From a virus (taxonomy: Duplodnaviria; Caudoviricetes): a stretch of 59,501 nucleotides of DNA. The notes beneath the pieces were generated by a model. The model was not told where the DNA came from, made no database searches, and worked only from the letters and a program-made list of their open reading frames with translations. The position numbers were made by a program, and so were the translations under genes. Shown here piece after piece: positions 51,401 through 58,337 of this stretch (within the stretch, counting starts at the first letter, position 1; every line of letters starts with the position of its first letter). The stretch lies in IMG/VR virus record IMGVR_UViG_3300025767_000017, positions 1-59,501 of that record; one strand, 5' to 3'.

Positions 51401-51762
51401 CCAAAGTTAGATAATCCTTGTATCTGTTGTGATATTGCTCCTGCTGCTGCTGCAACATTTCCTATATCTGCAGGACTCCGTATCAAGTTATCCAACTGTC
51501 CAGGGTTGAACACTTGTCCTGTAAAGCTAGTTGCAAGAGAATTAAATTGTTTTGGAGACACACTTGTAGAAAGAGAAGTAAAATCACCAACCGAATCTCT
51601 AATTTTATTCATCTCCGGAGTAATTGCTCCTACAGAAGAAGCAATTCTATTTAACTTTGCTGATACATCTTGTGCTGATCGTGTCAAGCTGTTAACTGAT
51701 GCAACTGCATTATTAACCTTGTTTATCTGTGATGTTATTTTTGAAAAACTAAATTTAGGCAT
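48436..51762 (-). CDS. Baseplate hub-like tail protein (gp27/VgrG-type, tentative)
   Basis: Lies between gp53-like and gp5; C-terminal EMEIWGDPFFL...FSGLFSIWAVTNTFSKGKFTQNLKMIR typical of hub proteins; low-complexity S/N/G N-terminus. Confidence 0.55.
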   Translation of the reverse strand: MPKFSFSKITSQINKVNNAVASVNSLTRSAQDVSAKLNRIASSVGAITPEMNKIRDSVGDFTSLSTSVSPKQFNSLATSFTGQVFNPGQLDNLIRSPADIGNVAAAAGAISQQIQGLSNFGTTNVNARLSSGFQSPLGGNIAGITNALGTIQGVTGTLSRVSSEFGSSISSISSKISQFNGFDIGNLNSLVGSFSNFGNLISNPISVLAQDVSQLVGAVGGEFDKLRQLIETQQSINPYADYLDLSFKSPWDTAGVAAGGNIVVNKGAAASKIPNPLREHNHYNYVITLGILNSEEFNYPGVYRSSGDFVQNYIIKSSGGNLDKRYQIFDETAGNTYSDFGDAITSHAEYYIDNLDIDAVIAPNANTGTALGSAIKFDVVEPYSMGGFIEALIGSAAELGYANYINAPFCLKIDFIGYDEYGKNSSREVANPIYIPIMITKVDFSVQAKGSEYAVQAVPYSESGLDDNVQKSKTQINVTGAVVHEVLNGDEKSVMAVFNERVQELEQAKTIVSGDRFIIAFPKTPDALVNIIGNLKDQVATEKTALTINAAEQQRRERGLAQANGDISTARKQSGIDNNSVTAPSLLFNTLKAYASDTNNMNEIGLSTLVENTADGGQEAQADQSAAYDENGDVVDISNAETSKAEKARTTQFRQGETITSIVEKIVKKSKFARDNATEETTNGVRKWFKIDTQVFLDNNPSAERQVGSSPKIYVYSIIPYYSDEAKHTGTTQRPKNTEGLKALAPKQYNYFYTGKNEDVLNFDIQFNNQFFMTAFSNFGQNAATVATGGSKVATFQAGDDSTGSEVAAETSNAKRREPGAQLKEVNELDNPTGSESGDLKLRIAEQFHNTLLNQTVDMVTAEMEIWGDPFFLPQQTGNYVGKSSGNPSVLDDGTMNYLQSEIFCVVNFNSPFDYQVNGATMEMPKRVPQFSGLFSIWAVTNTFSKGKFTQNLKMIRRRGQDDEPTESTTAIKADGTKSINNANTEPGSPNAANNSVNSTTGAVNPCSTTSPISAINNLTASAEDLLMSQPLFPATSTSGGDDIAFSQPVVQIGGFAYSPNQSTFPSAPVNNNSGNLAPGTVARNQADAWRARQERLRARAAAGNGPQ

Positions 51763-51765
51763 ACA

Positions 51766-52065
51766 TTAAATTCCTAATTGCGACTGTAGATTCGATCCTT
51801 GTGGCAGATATATTTTAGTTCCTGCAACAAAATCAAATACTGGATCTTTAATAATGTCAGGATTGCGTTGTGCAAAAATCCACCAAAGTTCTTTTTTGCC
51901 ATACAAGTCGTATGCTAACAAATCAGGTCTATATGTGTATGCAGGAATAATTTCATAAAGCACATCATCGCCGGCGACCGGAACAGGTCTAGGAACAAAT
52001 ATATCTAGATACCCTGCTGGATTTATAGGAGTTTTGCCGTAAGGGCCTTGATTTTTACTTTTCAT
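51766..52065 (-). CDS. gp53: Baseplate wedge gp53-like / LysM-like protein
   Basis: YRPDLLAYDLYGKKELWWIFAQRN...GTKIYLP. Confidence 0.75.
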   Translation of the reverse strand: MKSKNQGPYGKTPINPAGYLDIFVPRPVPVAGDDVLYEIIPAYTYRPDLLAYDLYGKKELWWIFAQRNPDIIKDPVFDFVAGTKIYLPQGSNLQSQLGI

Positions 52066-53033
52066 TATACAAATCCTTCCTCGCCGCCAACAAAGTTTCC
52101 TTTAGCAAAATCAGTTAGACTAAATCTAGCTTGCGATCTACGTGCATATTGTGGAGCTGCTGTAATAGTTATAGTTACCATTGTTGGAACATAGTTGTCT
52201 TCGCCATTAACTGTACATTTGATATAATCAACGTCGTTAGGTAAGTCAGTTGTAAAGTTAGTAATCACAACTGGTATATGATTTAAAACATGTTTACCAT
52301 AACCGTTTAATCTACACACAACTGGTGGCAATCCTAGAGTTCCTTCGTCGCTGCCGCCGTAAAACATTTTTGTAGCCGATCTTAAAAAATGCAAAGCTGC
52401 TATAAAATATTGTCCGTCAGCTGATGTTTCATTTACAAAATCACCAGTAATAGTAAACGCATCTACTTGACTATTTTCATACGAATTATACGGATAGTTT
52501 GTATGGACAGGTTGTATTTGAGAATAATTTGCACTATTACTTACTAATACTGTAGGAGTGAACGGAAAGATCAATCTATTTCCAGTCCCAGCCAACGGCG
52601 ACAATACTGAACTATTTGATATTAGTATTTCTGGTACCGAAATACTAACTCTCCAATCACTAGCATCTGCAGAACTAATGTTACTTGAAATAACTGCTCT
52701 AGTTAGAGTCCGTGTTCTAGGAGCAGCATTATATCCAACTTGTTGCGCTGCGTTGCCTACCATTCTAAGTGCTCTGCCAGCTTGAGCTAAATTTCCGCCC
52801 GAGTTTATAATGTTGTCAATTTGTCCTACGGTATTTTTAATAGATCCTGCAATATTAGATACTTGATTCAGTGTACTACTGAATCCTCCAGAAGTATTAA
52901 AATTTTGTATTTGGCCTGCTGTTCTATTAATGTTAGAAGTAAAATTATTAATAGTACTAGAAACTTGAGTAACATTGCTAAAGGCACTATTTACTTTACT
53001 TGATAATTGATTGAAGGCGCTAAAAATGCTCAT
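52065..53033 (-). CDS. Tail-tube initiator/baseplate gp48/gp54-like protein
   Basis: LIFPFTP...ITGDF...LRSATKMFYG...PPVVCRLNGYG...VVITNFTTD, a tube-like fold signature; first gene of the tail operon, with an AGGAG SD. Confidence 0.55.
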   Translation of the reverse strand: MSIFSAFNQLSSKVNSAFSNVTQVSSTINNFTSNINRTAGQIQNFNTSGGFSSTLNQVSNIAGSIKNTVGQIDNIINSGGNLAQAGRALRMVGNAAQQVGYNAAPRTRTLTRAVISSNISSADASDWRVSISVPEILISNSSVLSPLAGTGNRLIFPFTPTVLVSNSANYSQIQPVHTNYPYNSYENSQVDAFTITGDFVNETSADGQYFIAALHFLRSATKMFYGGSDEGTLGLPPVVCRLNGYGKHVLNHIPVVITNFTTDLPNDVDYIKCTVNGEDNYVPTMVTITITAAPQYARRSQARFSLTDFAKGNFVGGEEGFV

Positions 53034-53053
53034 TATTTGTTCTCCTGTACTAC

Positions 53054-53060
53054 TATTTAG
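53054..53060 (-). promoter_or_regulatory. Late-promoter-like CTAAATA driving the tail/baseplate operon
   Basis: Upstream of the SD of 53033; abuts the divergent sigma70 -35 box. Confidence 0.5.
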
Positions 53061-53089
53061 TTGACAAAATTAAGTAAGTATATTATAAT
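53061..53089 (+). promoter_or_regulatory. Consensus sigma70 promoter for gp55
   Basis: TTGACA (53061-53066), 17-nt spacer, TATAAT (53084-53089); AGGAG SD at 53101. Confidence 0.9.
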
Positions 53090-53111
53090 GTATATATAAC
53101 AGGAGAACTCA

Positions 53112-53957
53112 ATGAGACCCAAGAACTATCTAAACAATAAAGACATACTTAAAGAAATACATAGATCAAAAAACACGTTTAATAGTTACGTAGAACCAAC
53201 ATATGGCGATTATGATATTATCTTACCTAGCGTAGATAAAATTAATCGATTGACAGTTGCAGAAGCGAAACGCAACAAAGCAAAAAAGATGTCTTCGACA
53301 GAATATGATCGAAGAAAATCACTCGGTGAAAAAGTAAAACAAGCAGAGTGCGAAACTCTAGCATCAGAAATTACAAAAGAAGAATTAATCTTCCGTGTTA
53401 TGACTTTTGATCATATTCCAGAAGAACCGGGTCGTAAAAAGAACCCAAAGACCGTAGCAGATACAAAGATTAAACTTCCGTTTCCGCCGTTTCAACATTA
53501 CAAATATAACGAAAACGACGAACTTATTTTAGTTGGTAAAAGTCACTGGGTAGGTGGCATGGACAACGGACATTTTAGCTTAGACCACGGTAAAGCAACT
53601 AATCAACTTGCAATGATGTGGTTAAAACTTGTTGACCGTTACGCAACACGCGGCAACGTTCGTGGTTATACCTATAATGACGAAATGAAAGGTCAAGCAA
53701 TCCTACAACTTGCGCAAATCGGCTTGCAGTTTGACGAATCTAAGTCAGATAATCCGTTTGCATACTATACAGCCGCAGTTACTAACAGTTTTGTACGTGT
53801 TATCAACATTGAAAAGCGTAATCAGAATATTAGAGACGACATTTTAGAAATGAATGACTTAGATCCTAGTTATACGAGACAAAATGCAGGCGAATGGGAA
53901 GCTAGTGTAAAGCGAAATGAAGAAGCAGCACCTACACAGTTCACTGATTCCAAATAA
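53112..53957 (+). CDS. gp55: Late-transcription sigma factor, gp55-like
   Basis: NYLNNKDIL...GYTYNDEM...FDESKSDNPFAYYT...SFVRVINIEK; T4 synteny gp55-gp47-gp46. Confidence 0.85.
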   Translation: MRPKNYLNNKDILKEIHRSKNTFNSYVEPTYGDYDIILPSVDKINRLTVAEAKRNKAKKMSSTEYDRRKSLGEKVKQAECETLASEITKEELIFRVMTFDHIPEEPGRKKNPKTVADTKIKLPFPPFQHYKYNENDELILVGKSHWVGGMDNGHFSLDHGKATNQLAMMWLKLVDRYATRGNVRGYTYNDEMKGQAILQLAQIGLQFDESKSDNPFAYYTAAVTNSFVRVINIEKRNQNIRDDILEMNDLDPSYTRQNAGEWEASVKRNEEAAPTQFTDSK

Positions 53958-53961
53958 GAGG

Positions 53962-53990
53962 TTGACAACTGTTAATTTTTGTTATATACT
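53962..53990 (+). promoter_or_regulatory. Sigma70 promoter for gp47/gp46
   Basis: TTGACA (53962-53967), 17-nt spacer, TATACT (53985-53990). Confidence 0.85.
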
Positions 53991-54017
53991 TTAACAAGTA
54001 TATATGGAGAACTAATC

Positions 54018-55034
54018 TTGTTTAAAAAAGCTGCGGTATTTACAGATATCCATTTTGGTCTAAAAGGCAATAGTCGTGTTCACAACGAAGATTGCGAAGA
54101 ATTTATTGATTGGTACATTCAAACTGCTAAAGATAACGGTTGCGAGACTGGTATCTTCTGCGGTGACTGGCATCATAATCGTAATTCGCTTAATCTTACC
54201 ACTATGGATGCAACAATCAGAAGCATGGAGAAGCTAGGTGCTGCATTTGAGAAGTTTTACTTCTTTGATGGTAACCACGATTTGTACTATAAAGACAAAC
54301 GTTCTGTTAACAGCACAGCATTTGCAAAGCACATTCCAGGCATTACGTTTGTTGATGAGATTCTTATTGAAGATGACGTTGCACTAGTGCCGTGGCTAGT
54401 TGGAGACGAATGGAAGAAGATGGGCGACATCAAAACAAAGTATTTGTTTGGTCACTTTGAACTTCCTAGCTTTTACATGAACGCATTGGTGCGTATGCCT
54501 GATCATGGCGACTTAAAGCCTGAACATTTTAAACATCAAGACTATGTATTCAGTGGTCACTTCCATAAAAGACAAAAACAAGGTGCTATTCATTACATTG
54601 GTAATGCATTTCCGCACAATTATGCAGATGTAGGCGATGATGATCGAGGTATGATGATACTTGACAAGGAAAACAACAAGGAACCAGAGTTTATTAACTG
54701 GCCTAACTGTCCCAAGTACCGTACTGTTACACTCAGCAACTTGATTGATAATGCAGATACCTTTATTAAGAGTAAAATGTACTTGCGTGTTACACTAGAC
54801 TTGCCTATCAGCTACGAAGAAGCAAGTTTTATCAAAGAAACCTTCATCAATACTTACAATTGCCGTGAAATTACACTAATTCCACAAAAACAGCTAGAAG
54901 AAATGAGTACAGAGCTTGATATTGCACAGTTTGAAAGTGTAGATCAAATTGTAAGCAACGAAATTGCACAACTTGACACCAACAACTATGACAAGAGCAT
55001 GCTGTTGCAGATTTATAATGGATTAGAAGCATAA
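54018..55034 (+). CDS. gp47: Recombination endonuclease subunit (Mre11/SbcD-like)
   Basis: FTDIHFG, CGDWHH, DGNHD, GHFE and SGHFH phosphoesterase motifs. Start reassigned to TTG 54018 (GGAGA SD 54006-54010; the ORF-track start lies inside the promoter). Confidence 0.92.
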   Translation: MFKKAAVFTDIHFGLKGNSRVHNEDCEEFIDWYIQTAKDNGCETGIFCGDWHHNRNSLNLTTMDATIRSMEKLGAAFEKFYFFDGNHDLYYKDKRSVNSTAFAKHIPGITFVDEILIEDDVALVPWLVGDEWKKMGDIKTKYLFGHFELPSFYMNALVRMPDHGDLKPEHFKHQDYVFSGHFHKRQKQGAIHYIGNAFPHNYADVGDDDRGMMILDKENNKEPEFINWPNCPKYRTVTLSNLIDNADTFIKSKMYLRVTLDLPISYEEASFIKETFINTYNCREITLIPQKQLEEMSTELDIAQFESVDQIVSNEIAQLDTNNYDKSMLLQIYNGLEA

Positions 55035-55035
55035 T

Positions 55036-56805
55036 ATGATTAAGATCAAGGATTTAACTGTCAAAAACTTCATGAGCGTGGGCAATCAAACTCAAGCAGT
55101 AGACTTTGACCATGAACAACTAACACTTGTGCTGGGTGAAAACTTAGATCAAGGCGGAGATGACAGCGGATCACGTAATGGTACTGGTAAAACTACTATC
55201 ATTAACGCACTTAGCTATGCATTGTACGGTCAAGCACTTACAAACATCAAACGCAACAACTTAATCAACAAAACTAACTCAAAAGGTATGTTGGTTACAC
55301 TGCATTTTGAAAAGGATGGCAACGATTATCGCATTGAACGCGGTCGTTCACCTAATATCTTTAAGTTTTATGTAAACGATCAAGAAACTCTTGTAGACGA
55401 ATCGCAAGGCGACAGTAGACAAACACAAGACGACCTAAACACACTGTTGGGTATGAGCCACGATATGTTTAAACACATTGTTGCACTCAATACCTATACT
55501 GAACCGTTTTTGAGCATGCGAGTTAACGATCAACGTGCTATTATTGAGCAACTGTTGGGTATTACTATCCTTTCAGAGAAAGCAGATGCACTCAAAGAGC
55601 AAACTCGTCAGACAAAAGATGCAATTACAGAAGAAACTCTAAAGATCAATGCTATTCAAACAGCAAATGAGAAGATTGAAGCAAGTATTGAGAGTTTAAA
55701 GCGCACTCAACGTGCTTGGCAGGCTAAACACAAGCAAGATCAAGACAAACTAGCAAGTGCTATTGAAGAATTAGAGAAATTAGACATTGAAGCAGAACTT
55801 GAAGCACACGAAAAGCTAGCCAATTGGACAGAACACAACAATGCTATTACGGCTCTTAGAAAAGAACTAAGCACACTAGAGCCTGCACTGACTCGTGCAG
55901 ACAAAGCTGTTGAAAAAGTTGTCAAAGACATTGCAGAACTTGAGGATGCAACCTGCTACACATGTGGTCAGGCGTTACATGCAGATAAAAAAGCAGAAAT
56001 TGCAACTCGTAAAGACAAAGAACTACTTGACGCAACTACATACCAACAAGAGATTGCAGGTAAGGTAGTTGAAGTAATGAAAGCACTTGAAGGGATCGGT
56101 GATATCAACGGCAAGCCTACTACTTTTTATGAAAATGCTAAAGAAGCATATGAACATAGAAGTAATGTAGACAATTTAAAGCAGACTTTGGCTAATAAGG
56201 AACAAGATGACGACCCTTATGCTGTACAAATTGATGAATTGAATGAAACTGCTATACAAAAAGTCGACTGGAACGTTGTAAACGAGCTTACCAGCTATAA
56301 AGAGCATCAAGAGTTCTTGCTGAAGCTGTTAACAAACAAAGATAGTTTCATTCGCAAGAAGATCATTGATCAAAACTTAGCTTACCTAAACAACAGACTT
56401 ACATATTATCTTGACAAGATTGGATTGCCGCATCAAGTTGTGTTCCAAAACGATTTGAATGTTGAAATTACACAGCTAGGTCAGGATCTAGACTTTGATA
56501 ACTTATCACGTGGCGAACGCAACAGACTTATCTTAGGTTTGAGCTTTGCATTCCGTGATGTTTGGGAAAGTCTATATCAAAACATTAACTTGTTGTTCAT
56601 CGACGAGCTTATTGACAGCGGCATGGACACAGCAGGCGTTGAAAACTCACTGGGCATCCTTAAAAAGATGGCACGTGACCGTAATAAAAACATTTACCTT
56701 ATCTCACACAAAGATGAACTCATTGGACGAGTCAATCATGTGTTACGAGTTGTAAAAGAAAATGGATTTACTAGCTACGCCAACGATTTGGAGGTAGTAG
56801 AGTGA
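55036..56805 (+). CDS. gp46: Recombination ATPase subunit (Rad50/SbcC-like)
   Basis: Walker A NGTGKT, coiled coil with CYTC zinc hook, LSRGE signature, LLFIDE Walker B, ISHK. Confidence 0.95.
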   Translation: MIKIKDLTVKNFMSVGNQTQAVDFDHEQLTLVLGENLDQGGDDSGSRNGTGKTTIINALSYALYGQALTNIKRNNLINKTNSKGMLVTLHFEKDGNDYRIERGRSPNIFKFYVNDQETLVDESQGDSRQTQDDLNTLLGMSHDMFKHIVALNTYTEPFLSMRVNDQRAIIEQLLGITILSEKADALKEQTRQTKDAITEETLKINAIQTANEKIEASIESLKRTQRAWQAKHKQDQDKLASAIEELEKLDIEAELEAHEKLANWTEHNNAITALRKELSTLEPALTRADKAVEKVVKDIAELEDATCYTCGQALHADKKAEIATRKDKELLDATTYQQEIAGKVVEVMKALEGIGDINGKPTTFYENAKEAYEHRSNVDNLKQTLANKEQDDDPYAVQIDELNETAIQKVDWNVVNELTSYKEHQEFLLKLLTNKDSFIRKKIIDQNLAYLNNRLTYYLDKIGLPHQVVFQNDLNVEITQLGQDLDFDNLSRGERNRLILGLSFAFRDVWESLYQNINLLFIDELIDSGMDTAGVENSLGILKKMARDRNKNIYLISHKDELIGRVNHVLRVVKENGFTSYANDLEVVE

Positions 56806-57008
56806 TAGAAGATGATGCACATGACTTACTTGTGAAAGCATACCTTGAATATTTTAAAGCAAACGAAAAGTTTGTAAGACGAAACAGTGTACGAACACAT
56901 CGCGCAGTACGAAAGTGCCTGCGTGATATTCGTGCATTAGCCAAAGAACGTGCAGACGAAATACACGAACTGCACAATACAACACGAGTAACCAGAAAAG
57001 ACAAATAA
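56802..57008 (+). CDS. Small basic helical protein (possible nucleic-acid binding)
   Basis: 68 aa, Arg/Lys-rich (RTHRAVRKCLRDIRALAKERA); GTG start with GGAGG SD; 4-bp overlap with gp46. Confidence 0.7.
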   Translation: MIEDDAHDLLVKAYLEYFKANEKFVRRNSVRTHRAVRKCLRDIRALAKERADEIHELHNTTRVTRKDK

Positions 57009-57033
57009 CAATTTAGGCTCTGGTAAGTAACTG

Positions 57034-57483
57034 ATGCAGTGGACTTACCAAGGACAAACAATTGACACAATACCAGAAGAGTATGAAGGCTTTGTTTATC
57101 TTATCACCAATACCACTACAGGCCAGAAATACATAGGCAAGAAACTAGCAAGATTTAAAACTACTAAGCCACCACTCAAAGGCAAGAAGAATAAGAGACG
57201 CGGTACTAAAGAAAGCGATTGGAGAGACTACTGGGGTTCCAGTGATAGACTCAATGCAGACGTAGCCGCACTAGGCGAAGATAAGTTTACAAGAGAAATA
57301 TTATACCTATGTAAAGGTAGGGGCGAAATGTCCTACATAGAGGCAAGAGAACAATTTGACCGCAGGGTACTTGAAACTGATGAATACTACAACGGTATTA
57401 TCAATGTTAGAGTTGGCGGATCAGACAAACTCAAACAGGCATTGCTAGAACACTCCATCAAGGCAAAACAATCCAACACCTAA
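57034..57483 (+). CDS. Stand-alone GIY-YIG endonuclease (Seg-like catalytic domain only)
   Basis: GFVYLITN...KYIGKK, YWGSS, FTREIL, conserved Glu (YIEAREQ) and YYN. Confidence 0.85.
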   Translation: MQWTYQGQTIDTIPEEYEGFVYLITNTTTGQKYIGKKLARFKTTKPPLKGKKNKRRGTKESDWRDYWGSSDRLNADVAALGEDKFTREILYLCKGRGEMSYIEAREQFDRRVLETDEYYNGIINVRVGGSDKLKQALLEHSIKAKQSNT

Positions 57484-58004
57484 GGTTAGCGGGCCAGTTT
57501 GCAAATACCGCTGTGGAAAAGGTCCCCTGAGAAGGACACACGTAACATATTGATCAACGCACCGGAGTGCGGAAGCCATCAGACAAATTGGGCTCACTGG
57601 TTGATATAGGTTGATTGTTGGCAATCGAAAAGCACATATGTTCATAAAAACTTCTTAGCAACAGGAACGAAGCGGAAGGTAAGAATATAGTGTACAAGCT
57701 ATAAATTTGTTTTATAGTTTATGTACTATATTCTGATGTCGACGTAGGTTGGGAAAGGTCAGAGCCCATTGAACTGTGTAATACAAATACCTATTTCCAA
57801 TGTCTATGGCTGGATAAGACTCACATGAAGTTATATCTTTTTAGACGACGGGGCCGTAACAGGTTCCGTCTGACTGAAACGATCTACATGAAATTAATAC
57901 AATATCACTTCGTAATATTGCTTGTTCATATATAAATCATTTAATTAAAACGAAGTGTAAGTAGTTTGAGCGTTAGCGAAAACTTGTATGAGCTTGCTCA
58001 TACA
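57484..58004 (+). ncRNA. Putative large structured non-coding RNA (or structured DNA element)
   Basis: No credible ORF, more G/C-rich than the other spacers, many nested stems with G-U pairs and a 7-bp long-range pairing (see findings). Strand inferred from G-U pairs and flanking gene direction. Confidence 0.55.
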
Positions 58005-58026
58005 TTAGTTGTTTAAGTAAGTTTGA

Positions 58027-58034
58027 AATAAATA
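58027..58034 (+). promoter_or_regulatory. T4-like late promoter (AATAAATA)
   Basis: ~30 nt upstream of ATG 58065, with an AAGGA SD in between. Confidence 0.55.
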
Positions 58035-58064
58035 TATAATAATTGATATTAAGGAATAATCACA

Positions 58065-58337
58065 ATGAAGATATCTGAGTTTGCTGTTGATAGACAGGTA
58101 GATGAATTAACTGCTGGTGATGTCGGTACTGCTGCTGGAAAAGCAACTAGAGCTGTTGGTTCTGGTATTAAAAACTTTGCTAAAGGGTTTGCAAGTGGCG
58201 TTACTGGAAAAACAGCAGCACCTGCAACTAAATCTAATCCTGTACTTGATCCTATTAAGGCATCGATTGCAAAACTTAATCCTAAACAACAGGCAGCACT
58301 TAGAACACAACTTGCTAAGAAAGCAGGAGTACAATAA
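58065..58337 (+). CDS. Small Ala/Lys-rich protein, putative internal head protein
   Basis: MKISEF...VDEL N-terminus followed by a basic A/G/K-rich amphipathic region; late promoter and SD upstream. Confidence 0.65.
   Translation: MKISEFAVDRQVDELTAGDVGTAAGKATRAVGSGIKNFAKGFASGVTGKTAAPATKSNPVLDPIKASIAKLNPKQQAALRTQLAKKAGVQ

Noticed and set aside
7852-53003. Numerous plus-strand V/P/L-rich ORFs of 60-150 aa
   Set aside because: Antisense shadows of T/S/G-rich structural genes; no RBS or motifs recognised.
53979-54017. ORF-track start of gp47
   Set aside because: It lies within the promoter spacer; the SD supports TTG at 54018.
57445-57645. 66-aa minus-strand ORF within the spacer
   Set aside because: Overlaps the GIY-YIG gene antisense, has atypical composition and no RBS.
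57484-58004. Group I/II intron, RNase P RNA or tRNA interpretation of the structured spacer
   Set aside because: No interrupted exon pair is evident (flanking ORFs are complete). I could not identify P7 or domain V consensus, the RNase P GAGGAAAGUCC core or a cloverleaf by eye. An Rfam scan is still needed.
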